From Cyanophora paradoxa CCMP329 (lineage: Eukaryota; Plantae; Glaucophyta), in the NCBI GenBank assembly GCA_004431415.1, contig QPMI01000134.1, positions 1 to 64,000 on the forward strand: a stretch of DNA of 64,000 bases. Direction: 5' to 3'. The position numbers and the translations under genes were made by a program. Under the pieces are notes generated by a model that saw only the letters and a program-made list of their open reading frames with translations, searched no databases and had not been told where the DNA came from. Below, piece by piece: positions 12,101 to 23,700 of the stretch (position 1 is the stretch's first letter; every line of letters begins with the position of its first letter).

Positions 12101-14727
12101 CGTACCCTCCCCGGGGCCGGACGCCGACGCGCCGTCGCCGCAGCCGTTGCCGGGCCGCCCGAGTCGGCGCAGCCGTCGCGGAAGGCTGCGCGGCTCGCCG
12201 CACCGCAGCCGCTCGACGTTGCGGGCGACCGTTCCCCCTCCCCTTCCCCCTCCTCCCCGTCGCCCGTCGCGGCGGCGGCCGGGGCCGCGCGGGCGGCCGC
12301 AGCGAAGTCGCCGCAAGGGCAGGGGCCGGCGGGCGTGCAGAGGGGCCAGCGGTCCCCCGGCCCTGGGAAGGCGGCGCCCTCGATCGGGAGCGCTGCCTCC
12401 CTAGAGGCCGCCCCCGCCCCGGACGCGGCGGGGCTCCTGGCGACCCTCAAGCCCCGCCCCGCGCTGCCGCCCGCCGCCGGAGCCGGAGCCGGAGCCGGCG
12501 CCGGGTCCTCCCTCGCCGCCGCCGCCGGCGCCGCCGTGCCCCGCCCGTCAACAACGGCGGCGGCGGCGTCGGCTTCTCCCCCCGCCGCCGCCTCCGTCCC
12601 GGGCTCTTGCCCCGACTCCTTCAGCTGGCAGCAGCCGGACCAGCGGCGGCCCTCGACGAGCGATGGCCTCGCCGGCTCGAGCCTCCTCCCGCCGGGCGCG
12701 GTCATCGCGGGCATCAGGTCCGTCCGCCCGCGCGCCCGCTGCGCTGCGCCGCACAGAAGATGCTTGCTGGCCGCTCTGTCTACCCTTCCATCTCTGCGCA
12801 CCTGTCCTTTACCCGCCCGCCCTCCCGCCCGCGCGCAGGCGGGCGTCGACGGCGGCGAGCCTGCCGCGCACCTACTCCGGCACCTCCCTCGCATCCACCG
12901 TCCTCCTCAACCCGCCCCAAGTGAGAGAGAATCTGCTGAGCCTCCTCTAACAGACCCCTTCCTCTCTCCTCCCCCTCGAATCTTCTTCCGCCCCTCACGC
13001 CCCTCGCAGACGGCGCCGGCGGGCCCGCCGAAGCGGCCGAGCGGCCTCAGCGCCCTCCAGGTCCCCCCCCCCCCCCCCCAGAGGCCCCGGGCCCGAGAGG
13101 CTCGAATCTGGCCGGACCTGGGCCTGGATCTAGCTCGAACTTAGAGAACCTAGAGGACCTAGAGAACGCTGGCGGCCTCCGCGCCCTCCTCCTCATCGCG
13201 CCGGCAGGCGCTGCTGGACGCGAGTCCGGTGGTCTTCGACGCGGAGGAGCTCGCCCGCGAGGAGCGCCGCCTCCGCCGCCGCCGCCGGTGCGAGCCGCCC
13301 GCCCCCGCCCCGGCCCAGCCCCGGCGCCACGTCGTCGCTCGCTGTAGCTATCTACACCGTGAGTGCTAGAGAACGAGGTCTCTTCTGACGGTGCTGCGCA
13401 GGCTGGCGAGGCAGGCGGCGGCGGAGGCGCGGGCGGACGCGGAGCGCGTGGCGACGCCGGCGGCCCTGCAGCAGCTGCAGCTGCAGCACTCGGCGACGGC
13501 CCCGGGGGCGCTCGCGCCGGGCCTGGCGGGGGCGGTGGCGCAGCTCGCCGCGCGGCGCATGTCGCGGCGCATGTCCCTCATGAAGCTCGCCGAGCTGGCA
13601 GCGCAGGGCGCCGAGGTCTCCGCCTTTCTGAGGTGCCGCCCTCCTCCCTCTCGCGCCTCCGCAGAGCCTCACTTCGTTCGCCGCGGCGCAGCTCGGACGG
13701 CTCGCCGCTGCGGCAGTCGGCGGGCGGCGGCGGCGGGGCGGGCGGGTGGAGCGAGGAGAGCAGCTCGGGGAGCAGCGCGGAGGAGGCGGCCGCCAACTCG
13801 GCGCAGGAAGAGGACGAGGCCGAAGAGGAGAGGATGCGCGAGGTGCGCCGCCGGCGCCGCTGTTCGCCTTCGTTCGCTTCTGTCTGCCGTCCGCTGAGGG
13901 CGGTCCCGGGTACAGGAGGACCCGCTTAACCTCACGGGCTGGGCGAACGCTCGCCAGGCGAAGAAGGCGCGGCACCGGGGGGCGGGGGCGGGGCCCGCGG
14001 CCCCCGGGCAGGAGGGCAGGGCGGCCGCCGCGGCTGCGGCGAAGGGGCCGCTCAAGTCGGGCGGGGTGGGGGCCCGCCTCTTCCGGAAGTATATGGCGGT
14101 ACCCCTCCCGTCCATGCGGCTCCTCAGGGAGCGCGGCTCCCGCTCGCCCTCCCCGGACTCCCGCTCGGCTTCTCCCCCCCGGGCCCAGACCGCCGCCGGC
14201 CGCGTCCGCGTCTCTACCCCCCTCGACCCCGTCCACCAGGCGGTGCGCGTACCCCCATCCCCGCCTCCGTCTCACCCCGCCCGCCCCCCTTGACCGGGGT
14301 ACGGCAGGCTCTGGACTTTGCGAACGCGCGGGCGGAGGCGCGGAGGCTGCGGCACGAGGCCGGCGTGAGCGCGTCCGCGGGGAGCCTCTCCTTCGGCGAC
14401 CTACCCCCCCCGCCCGGCGACCTCCCGCCGGGCCTCAGATACGTACCCCCGCCGCGGAACAGGCGGGCGTCCACGGCGGACGGGGTACGCCGCTCCTCCG
14501 CGTCGGGCGGGGGGCGCCGGAGGAGCAGCATACTGGCGCCCGCCGGATCCGAACCGCCGCTCGCCGGCGCCGGGGCCGGGCCGGGGCCCCACGGGCGCGG
14601 CCCCGGGCACCTCTCCGTCGCGCAGTCGGCCCCCGCGCTCGGGGGCCTGGGCCTGCGCTCCGGCGCCCGCCCCGCGACGGTCCCCGCGGAGCCCGCCCGC
14701 CCGCACCTGCCCCCGGGGGCGACGTGA
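9136..14727 (+). CDS. START-domain protein with Pro/Ala/Ser-rich C-terminal tail, copy 2 (~19 exons; a further upstream exon is possible)
   Basis: GT-AG splicing gives MAHVLFLG..|PEQTMYAKEYYKREAADALLDVRRE|FSGADLLWTDHGPLPGEK|IRRMHRED..ILKSALVIP|APAWRTANFLWDPTSRTKWDK|LALRCGVVDELERTTRVDYVEE..PRNMVLVATVQ|RDLHARMFVIAYRSVIHKK|VKVEGQFIRAHVFKG|GFIVREVDERSSELTYVIQMDVK|AGFP|IGY.. This matches START motifs (R..WD, PR.F/M, S..H, RA....G, TY....D..G..P). Stop TGA at 14725-14727. Confidence 0.85.
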
Positions 14728-15282
14728 CTCTCTAGTGCGAGTGTCCCTGCCCGAGTCTGAGCACAGGCTCAAGCTCGCCCTTCTGTGCACTACGGTTTTG
14801 TCCTTATTCTAGTTAGCGTTAACGTTGTGTCTTATATATTTCGGCATCCCACTGAGCCTGCCCCGCGGCCCCATCGCGCCGCGCCCAAGGCCGAACGATA
14901 ACCCGAGCCCCGTGCCCAAGCTACCCTAGCCCCGAGCGCTAGCCCGAGCTACCCTCGCAGTCGATCTCGCCGAAAAACATCGTACAGACAGACTCATGAT
15001 CAAAGACAGACTCTTAGGCAGCTACTAGGCTAGGACAGAACCGCTAGACAAGAATCACCGTGGCACAATTTGGAAAGACAAAGTACGTCCAGCCGCCTGA
15101 ACAATTCAACCGAATTCGAAGGGAAATTGTAGACTTTGGCGGAAGCGGAGCGCGGGGCCTCGCGGAGGAGGGCTGAACCTCGGGAGCCCCGAAAGCACCC
15201 GCGGCCTCCTCGAGGAGGGAGGAGGGGGGGAGGGAAGGGCCGGGGAGGGGGGCGGGCCGGAGCCGGGCGGCCGGGCGGGCCC

Positions 15283-15630
15283 TCAGCGGCGGGCGCTCTC
15301 GTCGCAGGCCTCGAGCAGGAGCCGGACGCTGACCCGCCGGAACGCCGCCTCCTTATGTCTTATGTACTTGTGTCTTATGTACTCTGGCCGCGTATAACTG
15401 CAAATTTCGAGGCTCCAAAGGCCAACTTCTGACCTGACCGACCTCGGAGGGCTGTGGGCGGTAGACTCGAGCCGGGGGGCGGGCGGGGCCGTCAGCGGGG
15501 GGCCCCGGCGCCGCATGCCTCGAGCAGCTTGCGGATGCTGAGAGCCCTGAGGTCGACCTCCGCGTAGTACGGGATCGCCTTGCGCGCGAAGACGAGCCGC
15601 AGGTCGGACGGGATCTCCCCCGCACGGGAA
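15283..15630 (-). pseudogene. Fragmented terminal TIR exon, interrupted by a piece of the LRR-SAM-TIR 3' flank
   Basis: GEIPSDLRLVFARKAIPYYAE.. and FRRVSVRLLLEACDESARR* match 58178-58310; the splice acceptor is altered (AG to TG). Confidence 0.75.
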
Positions 15631-15671
15631 GATCAGCTCTGGGGCGGGGGCGCACGAACGGGGTAGCGACC

Positions 15672-16000
15672 CTGCCTCACGCCCTGGTTCCACTCCCCCT
15701 CGTACTTGTCCCCGTTCGTGTACAGCATAACGCCCCGCCCTGCGCTATTTTTAGAAATGGGGGTGGAAGAGTCGAGGGGTACAGGCTCGCACCGTGCCGC
15801 ACGTTGCGGCGCCAGTCGCCGGTGTACACGCGGCCGTCCCAGTACGTCATCGTACCCCCCGCCCCGTCCATCGCGCCCTCCCTCCACGGGCCCTGCACCC
15901 CAGGACGGTTCAGGGTGGGGGGGGGGTGAAGACGAAGGGGGGGTACGGGAACCTGGTAGACGTCGCCGTTGGAGAACTTCATGAGGCCCGAGGCCCGTCT
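15672..16000 (-). pseudogene. MORN-repeat gene fragment (three exons)
   Basis: GLMKFSNGDVYQ|GPWREGAMDGAGGTMTYWDGRVYTGDWRRNVRHG|GVMLYTNGDKYEGEWNQGVRQG fits the MORN consensus YxGxWxxxxxHGxG. Confidence 0.85.
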
Positions 16001-16139
16001 ACCCACGGCCCCTCGTAGACCTGTACCCCCGGGGAAACAACTCATAAGCCTCTCAAAGGAGTGGGGGGAAGGAGTTAAGGAGGGGTACGCACGTCTCCGC
16101 CCTGGAAGCGGCCCCCTCCACACCCCCCCCCCCCCCCGT

Positions 16140-16350
16140 CGCCAGGGTCGTCGCTAGCTGTAGCCGTCTTGAGCTTCTACACCGTGAATGCTAGAGAGCG
16201 AGGCCTCTTCTGACGGTTCCCCGCAGCCTAGAGAGGCAGGCGGCGGCGGAGGCGCGGGCGGACGCGGAGCGCGTGGCGACGCCGGCGGCCCTGCAGCAGC
16301 TGCAGCTGCAGCACTCGGCGACGGCCCCGGGGGCGCTTGGCCTGGCGCTT
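16140..16350 (+). pseudogene. Isolated fragment of one START-gene intron/exon (QAAAEARADAERVATPAALQQLQLQHSATAPG)
   Basis: Near-identical to 56283-56480 and 13330-13520. Confidence 0.85.
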
Positions 16351-16587
16351 CGGGAAAAAAAGATAGTCCTTTCGTACTTGAAAAGTAGAACTTGCTGAAT
16401 TGCAGCTGACAGCTAACTGCATATTGCTAGAAGAAAGCGTCGGCCTGTCAGCCAAGACGCAAGACAATGGACGAGAATCTTGAGCAGTAGTAACTGCAAC
16501 TTCTGAGGCTCCAAGTGCGAACTTCTGACCTGACCGACCTCGGAGCGCTGCGGGCGTCCAGGACGGGGAGGAGGGGCGGCCGCCGGC

Positions 16588-18505
16588 CTACGCGAGCGGA
16601 GGCGGCAGCGACTCGTACGGCTGCGTGTGCTGTCAGCGGCGGGCGAGGGGGAAGGGGGGGAGGGAAGAGGGCGGACGGCGGCGTCGGCGACGGCGGCGTC
16701 GATGAGGGCGCAGAGGCGCGCGATGGCCGCCTGCTGGTACATGTTGCTAAAGAAGACCGCTGAGGGCGGCACCGCGCCGGGACGGGGCGTCAGCGGCGCG
16801 CGGGCCGGCCGGCGCGGCTTCGGAGGGCGCGTGGGGGCGGACCGTTGTGGCGGGAGAAGGCGGCCATGTCGGCAGGGAGGCCGTCGCAGGCGGGGAACTT
16901 CTCGTTCGGATCGTCCACGAAGGGGATGATCGCCTTGCGCAGGCGCGTCCCCTCCGCCAGCTCCTTCCGCACCCTGCGCCCATCCGCGATCGGCGGGGGC
17001 GGCGCGGCGCGGCTTGCGGGGCCGCCGGGCGTTTGGGCGGCACCAGTCGGTGGAGAGGGCGGCCGAGGGCGCCTTGTCCTCGAAGCAGCGGTCGAGGGTG
17101 CCCGGCGTGAGCACGAAGACTGCGCGCGGGCGTCAGGAGCGGGCGGGCGATTCGGCGGGGGTCGCCGGCGGGACACGCCGTCGCAGCAGGAGGCGCGGAG
17201 GGATTCGAGGATCTTCGAGTCGAAGACGCCGCCCTGGAGGGTCTGCAGGTCGAAGAAGGTCTTGTAGCTGCCTGTGGATCAGGCAGGGCGCGCTTCGGGC
17301 GCGAGGCGGGCGCCGGTGGCCGCACCCCGTCTTGTCGAGCGCCTCGCGCACAAACGATGCGAGGTGGTTCCTCCCGTCCAGCCGCCGGTACGTGATGCTG
17401 CGCAGGCCTCAGGGGCGAGCGAAAGGAGCGCGGAGGAGGCTAGGCGGCGCACAAGGCGTGGAACTTGTAGCCGGGGGGCAGCGGCGGGGCGCGGCGGGCG
17501 GCGGCGCTCTGCGGGCGGGCCCGGGGCGCGTTCGGCGCCGCGCTTGAGAGGCCGTGCTCACTCGCGAGGTCGGCGATCTGGCGGAGGGGCCTCAGCCGGG
17601 CCAGGTGAGAGCGAGCGGACGGGAGGGCGGCGGGGCGGGGCCGGCGCGCCTCCTTGAGGACGCGGCGGCGGACGAGGCCCGACTCCACGCCGAGCTCCTC
17701 GCGCAGGTCGCCCTCGGTCAGCTCCAGCAGCATCTTACCGTCCACGGCGCAGCCCTCGAAGGCCGGGGCCAGCTTGCCCAGGTCGAGGGAGCGGAGCCAC
17801 TCGCAGACGTCGGCCACGCGCATGCCCCGCGGGTCCCGCGCCGCGCTGGCGGGGCGGGCGCTGCCGGCGCGGGGCCGCGGGGGCGAGGCCGAAGGGCGGG
17901 GGCCGCTGGGGACGGGCTCGCGTCGGGGGAAGGGAAGCACGGGAGGGGTACACTGACCGGGGGTGGAAGGGGCCGGGGCGGCGGAGGGGCGCGGGGCGGC
18001 GGGCGCAGCGGGGCGCGGGGCGGCGGGCGCAGCGGGGCGCGCGGCGGGGGCGGGCTGCGGTGGCGGGTGAGTGCGCGGTGGAGGACGAGGGGTGAGGGGC
18101 CGGGAGTGGGGCGCACTGCGGGGGCGGGGGCGGGGAGGGAGCGGAGGTAGGCGAGGCGTTCCGCGGTGTTCTTCTTCTTGAGGAGCTCCGGCATGGCCGT
18201 GAAGGGGTTGCCGTCCGCGTGCAGGGCGGCGAGGCGGCCGATCTCCGGCGGCAGCGCCGCCAGCTGGTTGCCACTCACGTCCAGCGTATGCAGGGCGGCG
18301 AGGCGCCCAATCTCCGGCGGCAGCGCCGTCAGCTGGTTGCCGCTCGCGGATGAGGACGAGCACGCGGATGTTCGCCGTTCCCCCTGAGGACGAGCACGCG
18401 GATGTTCGCCGGCCCCGCCGCCGCGATCTCCGCCGCCGGCCACTCCGTCCGCCCCTCCTTCTCCAGGTCCAGCCTCCCCTCCGCCGGGATCCACCCCTTG
18501 CCCAT
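16588..18505 (-). CDS. LRR-SAM-TIR protein with SARM1-like TIR (putative NADase); LRR exon frameshifted as assembled
   Basis: Spliced product: MGKGWIPAEGRLDL..LPPEIGRL x2; SAM (VADVCEWLRSLDLGKLAPAFEGCAVDGKMLLELTEGDLREELGVESGLVRRRVLKE|IADL); TIR (FHAF|ITYRRLDGRNHLASFVREALDKTG|YKTFFDLQTLQGGVFDSKILESLRAS..VFVLTPGTLDRCFED..DW|VRKELAEG..KAIIPF..LPADMAAFSRHN|AVFFSNMYQQAAIARL). A duplication at ~18351-18411 shifts the frame. Confidence 0.85.
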
Positions 18506-21500
18506 GCCTGCGGGGCGGTCAGCGGCAGAAGCGCGCTGCGGGGAGCGCGCCCCCGCCCCGCCCGGCGGGTCCCCAGCCTGCGGGGGGCCGCCCGGCCCGC
18601 GCTGAGCCCCTCCCGCAGGGGCGGTGCACGCGCGCGCCGGGCTCTGCCTTTACCGGCCGCCCCGCCCGCCCGAGTCGCGGCTCGGGGGAGCGATGGCGGC
18701 CTATGGGAGATTGCACCCCACGCCCGGGCGCGCGCTGGGTCCTCCCCCCTCCCCCGTTCGTGGGTTGGCGAACGAGGCAGCAAGCGACGCCGGAGCGTGG
18801 GGCCCCCCCCACAGGCCCGGCACCGACAACTCGCCCCGCATCTTAGCCAACGTCCGCGCGCCCGCCGCGTCGCTTGGTGGGATCAGTGCGACCCCTCGCA
18901 CGCTGCTAGGTGGACCGTGCGGCCCAGAGCGAATTCGAAGCGATTCGTAGATTCTAGACCGGCGGGGTCCGCCCAGCGGCAACTAGCGAGCAACCGGGGT
19001 TCTGCGCCCGCCCGGAGGAGCGCACCTTCGACGGATCGCCTTGCAGAAGCAGAGCCGAGCTTTCGGAACCGACGGAGCCCGCCCGGTCAGAAATCCTCGC
19101 CGGTCGCGTGCTGCCTGCTGGCTGCTCGCCCGCTGTTCTGTGCAGGGGCCTGCGCGCCGGTACAAGCAAGCAATGAGCAAACGACAGGCGAGCGATGCCA
19201 TAAACCCGTCGGCTTCGCACCTGCCGCGATGAATGCCGATTCACCGAAGCGCTTGGGTACGGCCACGTGCACGCCGAAGCGCCGGGGTACGGTCGCGCCG
19301 CAGGCCTCCGCTGCTTTCTTGGCAGGCGGGCGGGTCTGTGAGTTGCATATACCTATAAACGGCGTTCCGTACCGGTGCACTACTGCCTGTCCACTTCAAC
19401 ATGCGCCAGCCTTCCAGAGCGATCATGATCAGGACGCAGGCGCAGCTGCAGCTGCAGTCATCAAGATGCAGCTGCGCCTGCGCACCGGCAGCTGCCGCCT
19501 GGCAGCCGGGCCCGAGGCCATGGCGGAGCACAGCGCCGTCCGCGGTGGCGGGTCGACCCGCTCCTCGTTCAGCAGTACTTCTGTAATCCAGCAGCACTCA
19601 GGCGAATCATCAGCGAAGTTCCGGCGAACGGGGCGCGGGAGAGACGCGGACCAGCTCGATGCGCGCCGGCAACGCGGCGCCGCGCGCGCGCGGCCTGCTG
19701 ATGCACATGGGCGCACGCGTGCACGCAGGCGCCGTCCAATGATGCTTCACCTGTTGACGCTGTACCTGCCTAGGCCTGCAGCTGCGGCTCCCGCGGCCAG
19801 CGCCCCGGCGCCCGGCGCGAGCTGCAGCGCGCCTCTCGGGGCTCCCCGGCGGATCTGCGGGCGCCGGGCCCCGCCCCGCCGGGCCGCGCCGTCGCCGCGG
19901 CGCGGCCCTCGCCCAAACCCCGCCCCCGCCGCCCGCACAGCGCAGCGCCCCGCCGCCCGCCCGCCCCCGCCGGGCGCCCTCCCCGAAGGGCCGCGTTCGC
20001 CCCGGCCCCGCCCCGCCCCGCCCCGCCGCGCGCCTCGGATCCCCTTCCCGCCCTCCCTCGGACGCCTCGCGCGCCCCCGCACCCCCGCCCCGCAGGCCCC
20101 TCGGACCGTGCGCCGGCGCCCCTTCGCACGGGCCGGCCCTTCGGATCCCCCGCCCTCCTCCAGGGGCCCGAGGCGAGCCCGGCCCGCCCCGTGCTTCTTC
20201 TGAGGCTCCAGAGGGATCTCCTCGGGCTGCACCTCAGGTTCACCTGAACATGACAAGAAGCCCGGCCCGAGGACGCCGTCCTGTCGGCTGTCCCCGCCGC
20301 CCGCCGCCCGCCGCCCGCCGCCCGGCCCGCCTTCCCTCCCTCCGAGGCTCCTCGCTTCGAGGAGAGCCGTCTCCCGCCTCGTACCCCCCCGACCCATTCC
20401 TCTCGCGAGCCCAGGGCCTGCCTCGTCCCTCCCCCTTCCCCCCCCCTCCCCCGGGCCTCGAGGTGGGCCCCCTCCCTCCCTCCCCCTACCCCCCCGCCTT
20501 ATCCCCACGGTCTGGCCCCCTCGCCCTCGCCCCCGCCGATCGCAGGCGCGTGGCGCTGGACATCCCTTCCCCCCGCCTTCCCCCCCGGGGCCGCCCCCCT
20601 TTCTCCCTCCGCGGCGGGCCGCCTGCCGCCCGCCCGCGCGCCCCTCCTGCGCCCTCGGGCCGCCCGGCCTCGCCCCCCGCTCCCCCTCCCTCCCCCCCCC
20701 CTCCCCGCTGGCTCGGGCCGTCTGAGCCGTCTGAGCCGTCTGAGCCCTCTTCCTCCGCCCCGCTCCTCCTCTCCCTCGCGCTGCCCCCGCCTGCCCCGCC
20801 CCGCCCCGCCCCGCCTCTCGATCTACGCCGCCCCTCTCTTCGCCCCCTCCTCCGAGGATCCCTCGCGACCGGCCCCCCCTTCGGCCCTCCTCCCCGGGCT
20901 TGCCCTCAAGCTGCTTCCCGACGCCCCCCGGCCCGGCCCCGGCCCGGCCTCCGGCCTCGCGGGCCGCGCTGACGCCTCTGGCGGTGGATCGAGGGCGGGC
21001 GCCGGCTCCCTGCCCCCCGCGCCGTCGCTTCCGAGTCCTTCCTCCACGCCGCCTCCCCGCCGGCGCCTCCCGGCCCCGCCCGTCCCCGCCCCCCGGACTC
21101 CGGACTCCGGGAGGACCCCGGCCCGGGAACCTGCAGTTCATTGTTGCAGTTGGACCCGGGACTCAGACATGATTACTAAGTCACTAGCCTAGTAGTCATG
21201 GTCATGATCACGAGCGCTTGTCCCTTTCAGTGATCATGACTGTCCATATGCATCATGGCATGTGATCGTGACGTCAACATGTACAAGCCTTGAAGTACAA
21301 ACCGTCGAACTATGCACCGCGGCACAGATGTGCAGGGCTCCCGAGGCCTGATCACGAGCACCGGGGGCTCGGAGTTCACTGCAGTGCAGTAACTCCAGCC
21401 TGGCAGAGACTCGTATGCATGCCGCGCTGCATGATCATAATCAGGGCCTTGTTATGCATATGACTGTGAGGCTCTTTGTAGCTCGGCGGCCTAGTACGAC

Positions 21501-21585
21501 GCGAGCCTCGGGAGCCCCGAGAGCACCCGCGGCCTCCTCGAGGGGGCGGGGGAGGGGAGAAGGGCGGGGGAGGGGGGGAGGAGGC

Positions 21586-23700
21586 TTTTTTTTAGTAATC
21601 CCTAGTGTATTAGGGGACTGGTGCCCCAAGTTGACAAACAGCTAATGCTATCTGCCTACCCTAGGCCTAAGCCTACAAACACACGACAAGTCTAGCTTAC
21701 CTCCCCCCTATTGGGTCTCCAGCTAGACTAACCCCGAGGGAATCTCCCTACTGCGAGCCCTACCCCCTAAAGCCACTCTTGCGGCCCTCGGTGGGGCCTC
21801 CCCCAGCGACCGCGCGAGCGCGGCCGTTGGGGGGGTGGGGTTGGGGGCGGGGAGCTGGGGCCGGAGAGTTTATTGGGGCAGGGCCCCGGAGGATTTATTG
21901 CGCACCGCCTCTGCGGTGCCGGCGCCGCCGGGCGCGGGGCCCCCGAGGGAGGGGTTGGGGCCGGGCATCCGGCTGCAGGTCCCGCCCTGCAGGCTGCCAA
22001 CGGCGTAGCGGCCTGCACCTGCGCGAGCGGGACCGGACCTGGCGCGGGCAGGCAGGCCACGCCCGAGGGGCCTGCTCTCCTCCCGGAGCGGGCCTCTCAA
22101 GCGCGAGCGTGGCGTCAGCCCGGCGCGCGCGGGCGGGGAGTGCACACTTCGGGCTCAGGGTCTGTAGCCCAGCGGGGAGAGGCCGAAGATGAGGAGGGAC
22201 TGGATGAGGTCGCCGCGTTGGAGCAGGGGGTGGTACCTTGGGGGGCAGAGAAGGGGGTACGGGGCTCGGCGGAGGCGGCGGTGACGGCCCAGGGGATGTA
22301 GGCAGAGGGGACATCGGTCTGGGGGCGGGAGTGCCTCGGGGTGGAGCTGGCGGGCGCGGGCGGAAAACTCGAATGGGGGCGGTGGTGCGGGGACCGGGGG
22401 TGGCGCCGGCGGCAGTGGGGGGGCCCGGCGGCGGGGGGCGCGGGGCTGGCGGGGCGGGGCCGGTCTTGCGGTTCGACGGGTGACGGCGGTGTGGGGGGTC
22501 AGAGAGGCTCGCCGAGGCGGGGGGTCCGGGGGGGGGGCGGTCCTGTGGATCAGGGGCTGGGACAGCCGGACCTGCACGTCGGGCTCCGCGGTCTCCACGT
22601 GCAGGAAGGTTGCTGCGGGCGGAGGTGAAGCCGGCCGAGTCACGGAGGGCGGCCAGCTCACGCTCACGGCGCGTGAGGCGGCGGGTTCGCGGGGCTGGGC
22701 TGCGGGGAGGGGAGGAGGCTGGGAGGTGTGGGAGGGAGGGGGCTGGGGGGTAGGGGGGGGGGGGGGGAGACGGGCCGGGGGCGGTGGAGGGCCGGTCGGG
22801 CAGGCGAGGGGAGGGGCCGGGGTGACGGAGGGCCCGCTGGGGGCAGGGCGGAGGGGAGTCCGGAGGGGAGAGGGCAGTTGCGAGTCGGGGCCGGGGGAAC
22901 GGGGAGAGACCGACCGCGGACCGGAAGTAGGATTGGAGGGGCGCATCGCCACGGTCATCCCTCTGCCGCGACCTTTGCCGCGGCCCTTGCCGGATCGAGC
23001 TGTGCCGGCGCCTAGTCGGGAGGAGGGGCCTGCCGCCTCCGGTCGGCCTGTCGGAGGTACCTTGATTTCCGTCGAGGCGGGGCGGGGGGGGGGGGGGGGG
23101 CGGGGGGTCCGGAGCTCGCGGCGGCGAGGGTGGAGCCGGGGCCGGAGGGAGCTGGGGCGGACCTCTGGGGCCGGGCCCGGGTGTTGGGGGCCGTTGGCTT
23201 GTGGCTAGGATTCGGGTGAGGATGAGGCTGCGCCAGTGCGCGCAGCACCTGCTGCTGCCATCGAAGGGCGAGTTGGGGTCCGTGAGCACGTCTTCTTGGC
23301 CCCGGACCAGGGCGTCTGCCAATGCACAGACGATTACACCGCAGCTGAAGCGGTCCCGTTGTTCGGGGATGGGGTACCTGGTGGCCGACGCAAGCGGCCA
23401 GGCGGTGGGGTCGTCTGAGGGGAGGTTGCGTTCCCGGCGCTCGAGCTGGAGCCAGCGGAGAATCGGGGCAAGCTTCTTTCGAGCCGACTCTGCGTTTGGC
23501 AGGTTGTAGGCATCATAGAGTTCGGCTCGACGGTCACGTACGTGGATCGCAGCGAAGGTCCAGTGGCCCGGTGAGTGGATCGGGAAGAGCAGGACATCGA
23601 AGTCGAACGGGCTGACCCCGCGGGCGACCCAATTCCCGCCCGAATTACACGGGCTTCTTGTACCCGTTGCCTGCCAACTGCCATACAACCCCAACCACCG
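21586..23700 (-). mobile_element. Poly(A)-tailed, intronless Ulp1-protease-bearing element; probably a deleted non-LTR retrotransposon derivative
   Basis: A8 tail on minus strand (T-run ~21586-21593) after a UTR-like segment; a CPLC..H remnant near 22280-22300; no RT motifs seen; 5' edge at a 44-bp palindrome. Confidence 0.5.
21895..23694 (-). CDS. Ulp1/SENP-family (peptidase C48) catalytic domain, N-terminally incomplete, followed by a Pro-rich region
   Basis: FDVLLFPIHSPGHWTFAAI..LYDAY..PEQRDRFSCGVIVC contains the His-Trp, Asp, Gln and Cys catalytic motifs of C48. Confidence 0.85.
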   Translation of the reverse strand: MGLYGSWQATGTRSPCNSGGNWVARGVSPFDFDVLLFPIHSPGHWTFAAIHVRDRRAELYDAYNLPNAESARKKLAPILRWLQLERRERNLPSDDPTAWPLASATRYPIPEQRDRFSCGVIVCALADALVRGQEDVLTDPNSPFDGSSRCCAHWRSLILTRILATSQRPPTPGPGPRGPPQLPPAPAPPSPPRAPDPPPPPPPPPRLDGNQGTSDRPTGGGRPLLPTRRRHSSIRQGPRQRSRQRDDRGDAPLQSYFRSAVGLSPFPRPRLATALSPPDSPPPCPQRALRHPGPSPRLPDRPSTAPGPSPPPPPYPPAPSLPHLPASSPPRSPAPRTRRLTRRERELAALRDSAGFTSARSNLPARGDRGARRAGPAVPAPDPQDRPPPGPPASASLSDPPHRRHPSNRKTGPAPPAPRPPPPGPPTAAGATPGPRTTAPIRVFRPRPPAPPRGTPAPRPMSPLPTSPGPSPPPPPSPVPPSLPPKVPPPAPTRRPHPVPPHLRPLPAGLQTLSPKCALPARARRADATLALERPAPGGEQAPRAWPACPRQVRSRSRRCRPLRRWQPAGRDLQPDARPQPLPRGPRARRRRHRRGGAQ

